Of a stretch of DNA of 27,790 nucleotides, positions 1 to 8,381 are shown in pieces (within the stretch, counting starts at the first letter, position 1; each line of letters begins with the position of its first letter). The notes beneath the pieces were generated by a model. It was not told the DNA's origin. It made no database searches and worked only from the letters and a program-made list of their open reading frames with translations. A program made the position numbers and the translations under genes. Source of the stretch: a virus (Duplodnaviria > Caudoviricetes); IMG/VR virus record IMGVR_UViG_3300044641_001138, positions 1-27,790 of that record; one strand, 5' to 3'.

Positions 1-247
1 AAGCACAGATCTTTCCTTCTTTTTGTGCAAGACCAATCATCTGTAGGCACAAAGAAGACTTTGCAGAAGACTTTGATCCCCAGATAAGAACCTGACGACC
101 ATATGGTAGACCACCATTTAAAGCCTTATTAAGACCAAAACTAGGAGTTGCTGCGTACTGTGTTGCTGGAATTGTGTCTCCAGCCATTACAGTCTTGCGT
201 AGTTTTGGATTTAGTTGTGCTAAAACATCTTCTACTGTAACTACCAT
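1..247 (-). CDS. recA: RecA-like recombinase, 5' part (truncated at window edge)
   Basis: Not in the ORF track. Manual translation from ATG at 247 gives MVVTVEDVLAQLNPKLRKTVMAGDTIPATQYAATPSFGLNKALNGGLPYGRQVLIWGSKSSAKSSLCLQMIGLAQKEGKICA. This matches the RecA pattern (TGSxxLDxALG-GGLPxGRxxEIxG + Walker A + AQKxGxxxA). The ATG overlaps the upstream stop (TAATG). Confidence 0.9.
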   Translation of the reverse strand, partial: MVVTVEDVLAQLNPKLRKTVMAGDTIPATQYAATPSFGLNKALNGGLPYGRQVLIWGSKSSAKSSLCLQMIGLAQKEGKICA

Positions 248-564
248 TAAAATCTTACCCCATGCTTCTTTGGTCTATTAGAGTTCTTTTCCATTTTTTC
301 TTTAATTGCTGTATCTAAAGATTTAGTCATGTATCCTGCTTCTACCATTCCTGCGTATAAGTCTAGGGTGCGAATAATAATATCTGCAAACTCATCTGAT
401 AGTTGGCCTGGATCCATCTCTTTTCTAAGTGCTTCCATAGCCTCAACAACCTCAGAGACAATCATCATCATTTGTTTAGTAACAAATATTTCATCTGCTG
501 TACGATCCCAGAAGCCTTTTTCTACTGCATTCTTGTGTATCTTTACTGCTAAATCATCAAACAT
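247..564 (-). CDS. MazG-like all-alpha nucleotide pyrophosphohydrolase
   Basis: Has ExxE (SEVVEA) and ExxD (DEFAD) motifs and a typical C-terminus (IKEKMEKNSNRP). Start moved to ATG 564 (MFDDL), which follows GAGGTG and overlaps the dnaE stop. Confidence 0.85.
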   Translation of the reverse strand: MFDDLAVKIHKNAVEKGFWDRTADEIFVTKQMMMIVSEVVEAMEALRKEMDPGQLSDEFADIIIRTLDLYAGMVEAGYMTKSLDTAIKEKMEKNSNRPKKHGVRF

Positions 565-3500
565 TTTCCACCTCATCCATTATAACAGTGCCATCCTTTG
601 TCTTTCCAAACTTAAACTTGTAAACATTTCCTGCTTCAATTGTCATGTATGCTCTAGCAAATGATGTTGGAAATACAGTAATTGCATGTAGTTCTCTACC
701 AGAATCTGCTAAGGTTAGTGAAGCCATCTTCTTTCCAGTCTTTGTAATTCTTGGTTTAAAAGATACAACAAAGTGCTCACCTTCTTTAAATGGTAACATC
801 TTATAGTTTAAGAACTTAACAAGTGCATCTTTGGACTCTTTGACTTCATCTGCTGGAACCGCAGACACGATTCTATTATCATTAACTAAAGCAATATACG
901 TTCTTCCAGCCTCAATGGTTGTATTCTCATCATCAAAAATACCAACAGATCCAGTTTTATCTAACAACTCTACCCTTGACCAGCCTTTGCTTCTCTTAAT
1001 AGATTTTATCATACCCATAAGAATAAAGGCTCCCTTTTCTTCATATTCTTCAACATCATTTAAATATGCATAGTAATGTTGTGGGATAGATGTATTAAAC
1101 TCGGGTAGGTTTAAATACTCATATAGGTTTTCTTTTACTTCATTTGCATTAGCAGGATTATCTGTAAATGTTAATGCTCCTACCGCCCTCATTGCATTAA
1201 GTGCACGAGTGTTTACTCCATTGCCCTTTGTAAAAGTAAAGTCTTCTACTTCTTTGTATGTTTTAAAAGGACGGGCCTGGATATATCTTTCAGCGATAGT
1301 ATCAGAAATAAACTTGATAGCAGATAGGCCAAAACGAATACCCTTTCCTTCAATCTTGAAGTCTTTGTCTGAATCATTAATATGAGGCAACTTAACTGGT
1401 ATGCCCATTCTTTTAGCCTCAATTAAATACTCTGTTCTAGTATCTTTATCTTTTTCATTTTTAAGCAATGCAAACATAAACTCTAGAGGATAGTGATACT
1501 TTAACCACGCCGTCCAATACGAGAGCGTAGAGTAAGCAACCGCATGAGACTTGTTGAACGAGTATCCCGCATGTGCTTCAAAGTCATGCCATAAATCAAG
1601 AGCCTGATTGGGAGCAATATAGGCAGAAGCACCTTTGATAAACCTGTCTTTGAACTCATCAAACTCTTTAGCATCCTTTTTCTTTCCAATGATCTTTCTA
1701 ACTTTATCTGCTTCCGACATGGACATACCGCCAAGTTGTACGCATGTTTGCATAACTTGTTCTTGGTAAAGAATGCAGCCATAGGTATCCTCCGTAAATT
1801 CTTTTAATATTGTATGAGTATAGTCGATGTTTTGACGACCATGCTTACGTGCAATATAATCTTTTCCAATAGTGTTCATGGCACCAGGACGAACTAAAGC
1901 ATTTGATGCAGCCAGTTCTGATAGATTTTTAACACCCATCTTAATTAGGAGATTTGTATATGGTGCTGCTTCACACTGAAAGATACCTTTTGTGTACCCG
2001 TCAGAAAGCATTTGATAAACATTCTTATCATCCATGTCTATCTCTAGCAGGTTAATCTTTTTCTTATCTCTTTCTTCAATCATGTCAAGAGTGTCTTTAA
2101 GAACACTGAGAGTTTTTAGTCCAAGAGCATCAATCTTGATTAAACCAATCTTCTCTGCTTCTTCCATGTCTACCGCAACCACGGGAATGCGAACATCACT
2201 GCCAGTAACAGAGCGTGTTTCTAGTGGAGCATACTTAAAGATTGGATCTTTACTGGTAACTACACCAGCAGCGTGAATACCAGTTCCTCTAATGCGCCCA
2301 CGCAATTGATCTCCATATACTTCTACTTCAGGATACTTCTCTCTAAACCATGCAGCATTTCTAGAACCACAGTAGTCGTCCCATGTATCAACTGTTTTTA
2401 AAACTTTGTTTACGTCAGGCAAAGGAATGTTTAGGGCTCTTGCAACATCTCTAACAACACCCTTATCTTTAAATTGAAGGAATGTAGCAATAGAGGCAAC
2501 ATGTCTGTACTGTCTAACTAGATAGTCTTTAACTTCATCTCGTCTTGAATCTTGAATGTCTGTATCAATATCAGGAAAGTCATTACGTTCTGGATTGATA
2601 AATCGGAAGAAAAGCAATCCATGTTTAATTGGATCAATATCTGTAATTCCAAGTGTATAGCAAAGCAATGAGCCAGCAGAAGATCCACGCCCTGGACCAA
2701 CCATGATATCTTCTTTCTTTGCCCAGTTAAGCATGTTACGAACTACAAGAAAATATGGAGCAAAGTTTTTATTGTTAATGATAGTTAATTCTTCATCTAA
2801 TCTGTCAAGGTAGTTTTGCTTGTCTGCCAAGCCACGTTCTTTAAGACCTTCTAGTGCAAGTTTCTTTAACTCTTCACCTGGCTTTGGATATTGAACTGGA
2901 AGAAGGTTTAAGCCTTCTTTAATGTCATAATCTTGTACCTTGTTGGCAATCTCTATTGTTGAAGTAAACATATCTTCACGATCAATACCCTGCTTTAGCA
3001 TTGCATCTTTCATTTCTTCGTATGAAAGTAGATGAATATCAAACTTATTAAAACTCATCATTCTATTAGCACCATATAGGTAATCAAGTCTATCCATAAA
3101 GGATTCTTTTTTCTTTGACTTCTCATATGTTGCATCTTTTTCTAACTTAGCATGAGTATTGAGAATAAGCATTAACTCTTGAATTTCTTTCTGACTGGAG
3201 TCAGAGTGATGGCAGTCTGGTGTTACAACAATCTTAATCTTCATTGCATCGGCAAGTTCAATAATTCCTTTATTGATTTCTGCAGAGTTATGTGGCATTA
3301 CCTCAATATAGTAGTCATCACCAAACTCATCTTTGAACCATTGCATATGTCTCTTTGCGGTTGCTAGTTCACCTAATTCTACCGCCTTGGCAATCCAACC
3401 ACTAAGGCAGCCAGATGTAACTATTAGACCTTCTTTGTATTTCTTTAATACATCAAAATCAAATCTTGGCTTACTAAAGAAACCTTCAGTCCAAGCAATT

Positions 3501-3832
3501 TCATTAATCTTATTTAGGTTTTCTAAACCTGTTTGATTCTTAGCGAGAAGAACTATATGATGATAGTTTAAGTCAAGAGGATCAGTGCGTTCTGCCTTTG
3601 CTCTCTTGTCATTCATATCTCTTGTCATATAGCCTTCTACGCCAAGAATTGGTTTGATGCCCTTTGCTTTTGCAATACGGTGCAGTTCCCTATGCCCAGA
3701 TAAAGAACCATGATCTGTGATAGCCAATGCTGGCATACCAAGTTCAACTGCTCGGTTAACGTATTCTTCTGGAGTAGCAACACCATCCATTAAGGAGTAG
3801 TGTGTATGGACATGCAAACCTACGTAATTCAT
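557..3832 (-). CDS. dnaE: DNA polymerase III alpha subunit (family C, DnaE-type) with PHP domain
   Basis: Motifs HVHTHYSLMDG, AITDHG, GPGRGSSAGS, FPDIDTD, GIHAAGVV, KIDALGL, GCILYQEQVM and YSFNKSHAVAY; 1091 aa; no intein apparent. Confidence 0.97.
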   Translation of the reverse strand: MNYVGLHVHTHYSLMDGVATPEEYVNRAVELGMPALAITDHGSLSGHRELHRIAKAKGIKPILGVEGYMTRDMNDKRAKAERTDPLDLNYHHIVLLAKNQTGLENLNKINEIAWTEGFFSKPRFDFDVLKKYKEGLIVTSGCLSGWIAKAVELGELATAKRHMQWFKDEFGDDYYIEVMPHNSAEINKGIIELADAMKIKIVVTPDCHHSDSSQKEIQELMLILNTHAKLEKDATYEKSKKKESFMDRLDYLYGANRMMSFNKFDIHLLSYEEMKDAMLKQGIDREDMFTSTIEIANKVQDYDIKEGLNLLPVQYPKPGEELKKLALEGLKERGLADKQNYLDRLDEELTIINNKNFAPYFLVVRNMLNWAKKEDIMVGPGRGSSAGSLLCYTLGITDIDPIKHGLLFFRFINPERNDFPDIDTDIQDSRRDEVKDYLVRQYRHVASIATFLQFKDKGVVRDVARALNIPLPDVNKVLKTVDTWDDYCGSRNAAWFREKYPEVEVYGDQLRGRIRGTGIHAAGVVTSKDPIFKYAPLETRSVTGSDVRIPVVAVDMEEAEKIGLIKIDALGLKTLSVLKDTLDMIEERDKKKINLLEIDMDDKNVYQMLSDGYTKGIFQCEAAPYTNLLIKMGVKNLSELAASNALVRPGAMNTIGKDYIARKHGRQNIDYTHTILKEFTEDTYGCILYQEQVMQTCVQLGGMSMSEADKVRKIIGKKKDAKEFDEFKDRFIKGASAYIAPNQALDLWHDFEAHAGYSFNKSHAVAYSTLSYWTAWLKYHYPLEFMFALLKNEKDKDTRTEYLIEAKRMGIPVKLPHINDSDKDFKIEGKGIRFGLSAIKFISDTIAERYIQARPFKTYKEVEDFTFTKGNGVNTRALNAMRAVGALTFTDNPANANEVKENLYEYLNLPEFNTSIPQHYYAYLNDVEEYEEKGAFILMGMIKSIKRSKGWSRVELLDKTGSVGIFDDENTTIEAGRTYIALVNDNRIVSAVPADEVKESKDALVKFLNYKMLPFKEGEHFVVSFKPRITKTGKKMASLTLADSGRELHAITVFPTSFARAYMTIEAGNVYKFKFGKTKDGTVIMDEVENV

Positions 3833-3835
3833 CTA

Positions 3836-4489
3836 TTACCAGTCGATATTCGTACTGGTTACAGATGGAGTATCAAATCCAAAGTAGAATGCTTCTTGCT
3901 CTGGATAAGGAACTTCACGGACAACCTTTTCTAGGTTGAAGAACTCATAGCCATCCCATTTGAATGGCTCAGAGTCAGGTATGCTTGGAATTAATGTGTA
4001 GTTGGTTTCAGTTCCCTGACCATTACGCTTTAACTTCCACTGTAGATTGGATACGCTTCCTGTTTCAAGTGCGTATTCACGAATTGTGTTGAATGCTGAT
4101 TGCTTACTAATGCCCTGTGACCACACGGCGACATAGGCTTCTTCTGTTCCGTCATCAACAAGAACGTTTGTGTAGAAACGCAAACGTGCTCTCCAGCCAG
4201 ATTTAGGCTCTTTACGAGCCATCTCACAGCCAAAGCAACGACCCTCAGACTCCTGAGTACATGCTGCTTTGCGCTTATAGTCCTTTGGATTTGTATGCTC
4301 TGAACACACAACTGCTAGACCACGATCTTCATTATAGTTTGCTGAGTCTGCATCTAACTCATTAACAAAACGAATCTTTGCTGCTTGTCCGTCTGCTAAC
4401 TTAACCCAACGAACCTTTGTTCCTGTACCTTCGTATTTTGGCTTGTCGACTAGGGCGTTTATATTTTTTAATCCCTTTACAATAGTCAT
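3836..4489 (-). CDS. Single-stranded DNA-binding protein, T4 gp32-like
   Basis: Has an AKIRF motif, a putative Zn-ligand cluster H-x11-C-x7-CxxC (EHTNPKDYKRKAACTQESEGRCFGC) and KLKRNGQGTETNY. Lies between primase and polymerase; SD AAGGAG. Confidence 0.75.
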   Translation of the reverse strand: MTIVKGLKNINALVDKPKYEGTGTKVRWVKLADGQAAKIRFVNELDADSANYNEDRGLAVVCSEHTNPKDYKRKAACTQESEGRCFGCEMARKEPKSGWRARLRFYTNVLVDDGTEEAYVAVWSQGISKQSAFNTIREYALETGSVSNLQWKLKRNGQGTETNYTLIPSIPDSEPFKWDGYEFFNLEKVVREVPYPEQEAFYFGFDTPSVTSTNIDW

Positions 4490-4513
4490 GTTTCTCCTTA
4501 TATAAGTGTTTTA

Positions 4514-5437
4514 TTATTTTAGCATAGAGTCAATAACATTGTCAAACTGGAACTCAAGAGTTCTAATTTCATCATCTGTCATATCGCCTATGTCTTTGTA
4601 TTTTTTGTCTGGTCTAATAATCGTAACTAAGTTACCCATCTTTTCAGTAAGTTTCTCAGACATAATCATTCCAGCATCATCATTGTCTGCTACTAATACG
4701 ACACCTGTAAAGTACCGTTTCAAAAGTTCAATCTGGCTTGATGAAACATTTGCCCCTAGGGTAGCAACCGCAGGGAAACCTACTTGATCTAATCTTATCG
4801 CATCAAAAGAAGATTCTACAACATAGACTATCTTTGATGCTTTTACTCTGTGAAGATTAAAAAGTATCTTGCTTTTTGGAAGTCCTGGAGTATTCTTAAA
4901 CTCTTTGCCTTCAATTGTTCTTGCAACAAAACCGATAGACATTCCATCTGGAGATTGCATAGGAATAACAACTGAATCTTGTTTTTCAGAATAACCTAAA
5001 TCAAATTTTATCACAGATTCTCTTGTAAGTCTACGACCTTCAAAATATGTCATTGCTCTTGGAGAATCTAATGCTTGTTTGTTTAGTCTTTTAATAAGCA
5101 ACTCATCATACTGAACAAAGTCAGGAATTTGATGTAATGCTCTATTAATAACTGCTTCAATATCTGTTTCTGTTTCTTTGCTTTTTATAAATCTAACTGT
5201 TTCAAAATATGTTCTACTTGTCATATGCATAATTAACTCAACAAGACTTCTAGTTGTTTGACAACCAAAACAAAAGAATAATCCAGACTCTTTTGAAACT
5301 TCCCCTGCTGGAGTTCTATTATTATTATGATAAGGACAAAAAATTATATAATCAGTTCCATACTCAGCCTCAATGTCAATTCCTGCTCCAGTGAGCACTC
5401 TATGTATTTGCTGCGTTGTATATAACTCTTTAGCCAT
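4514..5437 (-). CDS. dnaG: DNA primase (CHC2 Zn finger + TOPRIM)
   Basis: Zinc finger CPYH...CFGC; VVESSFDA; DNDDAG; KDIGD. Start moved to ATG 5437 (MAKELY), overlapping the helicase stop. Confidence 0.93.
   Translation of the reverse strand: MAKELYTTQQIHRVLTGAGIDIEAEYGTDYIIFCPYHNNNRTPAGEVSKESGLFFCFGCQTTRSLVELIMHMTSRTYFETVRFIKSKETETDIEAVINRALHQIPDFVQYDELLIKRLNKQALDSPRAMTYFEGRRLTRESVIKFDLGYSEKQDSVVIPMQSPDGMSIGFVARTIEGKEFKNTPGLPKSKILFNLHRVKASKIVYVVESSFDAIRLDQVGFPAVATLGANVSSSQIELLKRYFTGVVLVADNDDAGMIMSEKLTEKMGNLVTIIRPDKKYKDIGDMTDDEIRTLEFQFDNVIDSMLK
4516..4545 (-). promoter_or_regulatory. Sigma70/HrdB-type promoter for the SSB-dnaE genes, embedded in the primase 3' end
   Basis: Minus strand reads TTGACA (4545-4540), an 18-nt spacer ending in TGC, then TAAAAT (4521-4516), followed by an AT-rich leader and AAGGAG. 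Confidence 0.75.
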
Positions 5438-6656
5438 TTTTGTCTTCAAAGTCCTTATATCTGTAATAGCCCTTATCAAAGTCTGCTTGTACTAGGAAGT
5501 CTCCCATAAAACCATTACGGTTCTTTCTAAATGCACATTCAATAATATCACTATTGGTACCACGACCAAGTGCTAAAACCCAGTCAGCATCATATGCAAT
5601 CTGTCTAGACCATGCAGTTTGACCCAATGTTGGAACTGTGCTTAAATCTTTTACATCATCAGGTGTTGCAGATGATATAGCCATAATGGGAACTTCTTCA
5701 CTAATAGCCATAAGTTTAAGTTCTCGTGAAAGGTTCTTCATTCGTACCGTTTCATTATCTGACTTTTGATTTGGACTCATCAACTGCAAGTAGTCAACAA
5801 TAACAAAGTCAGGCTTGTACTGATCAATCTTTCCACGAATAACTGAAGGAGTTACTTCTCCACCTTGATCATTTGAAATAATGTGAAAGTGTGGTTTTCC
5901 TTGAAGTTTGCTTTCGTGCCACTTCTTTAACATGTCAAGTTCAACATCTCCATTAGAAAGTTTTCTGTGTGACCAAAGACCTTCACCCATAATAGTAAAA
6001 GCACGATTTCTAACTTCTGTTTCTGACATTTCAAGACTGATGATTAGTGGAGTCTTACCCTGCTTCCATGCTTGTACAGCAAAGTACAAAGCAAGCCATG
6101 ACTTTCCAATACCTGGATAAGCAAGAAACACACCAAGTTGTCCTGGCATAATTCCAGAAGGCAAGTAGTTATCAAATCCTGGAAGACCAGTTTTGATTCC
6201 AATATGACCTAGTTCTTGTTGCTTCTTTACATTTTCAAAATACGCAATCGCTGAATCAATGTCTGTAGCATCAATGTCACGAATTGCAGATGTATTTTTC
6301 TTTAACTCAGAAGTCTTCGTGATTAGTTCTTCTAGGGCTTTTGATCCTTCTCCCTGTTGAATCTCAGATGCAGCATTACGAATAATATCTTTTAGGCTGT
6401 CATTTAAGTATTCTGTTTGTAACTCATCAAGATGATGCTTGGTTGCCCCAATACCCTCTGCTGGTGTAAAGTCTCTAAACTTTTCAACAACCAAGGATGT
6501 TGGCGGAACAGTTCCATTTGCTTCAGAATAGTTTCTGATAAAGTTCCATACATCGTTATGCGTTCTAAGAAGATTTTCAACATTTGCTTGAAGGAGTACG
6601 TGTACCTGCTTATCTGATAAAACTGCAGTGATTAATTTTGCTTCTGTATTATTCAC
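5430..6656 (-). CDS. dnaB: Replicative DnaB-like (SF4) helicase
   Basis: Walker A AYPGIGKS, SLEMS, Walker B IVDYLQLM, SRELKLMA, DAD and KNRNG. Likely start is GTG 6656 (MNNTEAK) after GGAG; the longer ORF-track start overlaps the upstream gene. Confidence 0.95.
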   Translation of the reverse strand: MNNTEAKLITAVLSDKQVHVLLQANVENLLRTHNDVWNFIRNYSEANGTVPPTSLVVEKFRDFTPAEGIGATKHHLDELQTEYLNDSLKDIIRNAASEIQQGEGSKALEELITKTSELKKNTSAIRDIDATDIDSAIAYFENVKKQQELGHIGIKTGLPGFDNYLPSGIMPGQLGVFLAYPGIGKSWLALYFAVQAWKQGKTPLIISLEMSETEVRNRAFTIMGEGLWSHRKLSNGDVELDMLKKWHESKLQGKPHFHIISNDQGGEVTPSVIRGKIDQYKPDFVIVDYLQLMSPNQKSDNETVRMKNLSRELKLMAISEEVPIMAISSATPDDVKDLSTVPTLGQTAWSRQIAYDADWVLALGRGTNSDIIECAFRKNRNGFMGDFLVQADFDKGYYRYKDFEDKNG

Positions 6657-6957
6657 CCAGCCACTCCTTTGCTCTAGCCCTGCGCTCTGTTCGCTCTTTG
6701 TCATCTTGTTCTTTATCAAGTTTACCATTAAGAATTTTTTCTGCATTGTATGCAAAGAAATTCCAAGTAGGGTCTTGTGCAATACTAAAGTAATAATCTA
6801 ATAAGTCATAGCAAGCAGGAAGTCCGTAGGATTCAACAAGTGCATCTGATGCCCACTGCTCAACGTTTAAATTGAGATTAGACTTTTGCTCGTATCTCTG
6901 CAAGTAAAGTTTATTGTAGCGACTGAGCAAAGCCATTCGGTCTTTGCGTTCAGCCAC
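6649..6957 (-). CDS. Hypothetical protein (possible helicase accessory/loader by position only)
   Basis: 102-aa ORF with GTG start; its stop overlaps the helicase start. Confidence 0.75.
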   Translation of the reverse strand: MAERKDRMALLSRYNKLYLQRYEQKSNLNLNVEQWASDALVESYGLPACYDLLDYYFSIAQDPTWNFFAYNAEKILNGKLDKEQDDKERTERRARAKEWLGE

Positions 6958-6958
6958 T

Positions 6959-7189
6959 TTACTCTGCTACGATCTCGGCTTTTGCTTCGTTTACTTTTTC
7001 AATTACCTTATTTTCAACGAATGCATAGACTCTGTCCATTGCTTCGTTTGTGGTTTCACCCTCACGAGTATAGTCAACAACACCAAGATCAACTCTTAGT
7101 GATTGAAAATTTCCTAGATTAAGCGTATATCCTAATGTTACATTTACCTTTGTTGGTTCATTTGTTACTACGTAATTACTATTTTCCAT
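6959..7189 (-). CDS. Small hypothetical phage protein
   Basis: 76 aa from ATG 7189 (MENSNY...VNVTLGYTLNLGNFQSLRVDLG...); fills the gap between its neighbours. Confidence 0.75.
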   Translation of the reverse strand: MENSNYVVTNEPTKVNVTLGYTLNLGNFQSLRVDLGVVDYTREGETTNEAMDRVYAFVENKVIEKVNEAKAEIVAE

Positions 7190-7208
7190 TATCCCGCCCA
7201 TTTCTAAA

Positions 7209-7751
7209 TTATATAGACTCATTCCACACTGGAATAAATCGTCCATCTTCTGTTCTCGTATAAACCAGTATACCATCGCCAGTTCTTCGTGTCAACTCCT
7301 GACTTGTAGGAGTCATGTTATTAGTTATTAAATTATCTTTTCTTGGTCTTCCAATATGTATACTTGCAAGTATATCACGTATCTCTTTTAGTTGCGATTC
7401 AGAGTAGTATGCTCTTACTTGCCAATCTCTTACCCCGTCCAATTGAGATCCCATTGGTGGAGGAATCACTCCTCGTTTAATTAACAATGGAATATATTTG
7501 CGATGCCTATTGACAAGTCTTGCAGTTTCTGCTACAGTGTATGCTCGTTCTCTATTTTTTCTAAAGTCAGAACGGAAGCATGTTTCTATTCTATCTTTTG
7601 TAATATTATAAACAGAAACCATTCCTGTTGATCTTGAACTATGATAAAGCCTAACTAAATCACCATTAAGAAACCAGATTTTTTTATTTCCAGTAACTAC
7701 AGGCTGACTATTGTAGTTTTTGCTCTCAAGTTTTCTTGGTTTAAAATCCAT
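7209..7751 (-). CDS. Putative DNA-binding protein with MerR/excisionase-like HTH
   Basis: YTVAETARLVNRHRKYIPLLIKRGVIPPP...RAYYSESQL resembles a MerR-type winged HTH; strong SD AAGGAGG precedes ATG 7751. Confidence 0.7.
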   Translation of the reverse strand: MDFKPRKLESKNYNSQPVVTGNKKIWFLNGDLVRLYHSSRSTGMVSVYNITKDRIETCFRSDFRKNRERAYTVAETARLVNRHRKYIPLLIKRGVIPPPMGSQLDGVRDWQVRAYYSESQLKEIRDILASIHIGRPRKDNLITNNMTPTSQELTRRTGDGILVYTRTEDGRFIPVWNESI

Positions 7752-7885
7752 CTACCCTCCTTGCTATCTGAAGGTGGGTGAAAAAATTTTCTTGAACCAC
7801 AACAGATGCAATAAGTCTCAACATGTATCTGGCTAGAATATTGTCTATCAACAAACATCTTGCCATTGCATTTTATGCAATGCAT
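7697..7885 (-). CDS. Small zinc-ribbon protein
   Basis: CIKC...CICC; start moved to ATG 7885 after AAAGGGGA; overlaps the next gene by 55 nt. Confidence 0.75.
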   Translation of the reverse strand: MHCIKCNGKMFVDRQYSSQIHVETYCICCGSRKFFHPPSDSKEGRWILNQENLRAKTTIVSL

Positions 7886-7898
7886 TACCCAATCCCCT

Positions 7899-8342
7899 TT
7901 AGTTTGGAATACCAATAATGATAAGGTGCACTGCTAGAGAAAGATCTCCAGAAGCACCAAATCTAACAATACCTTCTACCCTTGAAGTTGTTACACTTTT
8001 TAGGATAACGTTTACATTTTGTCCTGCTGGTGTATTGCCAATATTAACTGCAGTAGCAGAGGCAATCGGTGCATACTTAAAGTCTGACGGGAAATCATAA
8101 GAAAATGTTTTTTCGTTACCAGCACTGACTGTAGAGTTATTGGCAACCTCTACGTACCCACCTACAACTCTTGCCTCAGATGTTTTTATACTTTGCTTAC
8201 CAGCAGAAACAGTATCTACTGTAGTGTAGTTATAGGTTGCAGATGATACCTGTGTTGCAACATCATTTAACGCATCTGCTAACTGATAGATGTATGTAAC
8301 ATCTAGCGGTTGTCCTCGTTCTGGTAGCGGTACTTTAGCCAT
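7899..8342 (-). CDS. Minor tail/virion protein, beta-rich C-terminal domain
   Basis: 147 aa; FSYDFPSDFKYAPIASAT and VHLIIIG resemble small tail-fibre/lectin-like beta-sandwich domains; last gene of the tail cluster. Confidence 0.55.
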   Translation of the reverse strand: MAKVPLPERGQPLDVTYIYQLADALNDVATQVSSATYNYTTVDTVSAGKQSIKTSEARVVGGYVEVANNSTVSAGNEKTFSYDFPSDFKYAPIASATAVNIGNTPAGQNVNVILKSVTTSRVEGIVRFGASGDLSLAVHLIIIGIPN

Positions 8343-8351
8343 TATCTCTCC

Positions 8352-8381
8352 ATTATATCATTAAACAGTCTGGTTTAGCAA
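8352..8381 (-). promoter_or_regulatory. Sigma70-type promoter
   Basis: Minus strand TTGCTA (8381-8376), 18-nt spacer ending in TGA, TATAAT (8357-8352); ATG is 9 nt downstream. Confidence 0.65.

Noticed and set aside
557-6656. Inteins, introns or homing endonucleases in dnaE, dnaG or dnaB
   Set aside because: Protein lengths are ordinary and motifs are contiguous; no intein splice or LAGLIDADG/HNH motifs were seen.
6657-6782. N-terminal extension of the helicase in the ORF track
   Set aside because: It overlaps the upstream 102-aa gene by more than 120 nt; GTG 6656 has an SD and couples to that gene's stop. The same logic applies to the extended starts at 576, 5479, 7276, 7915 and 11146.
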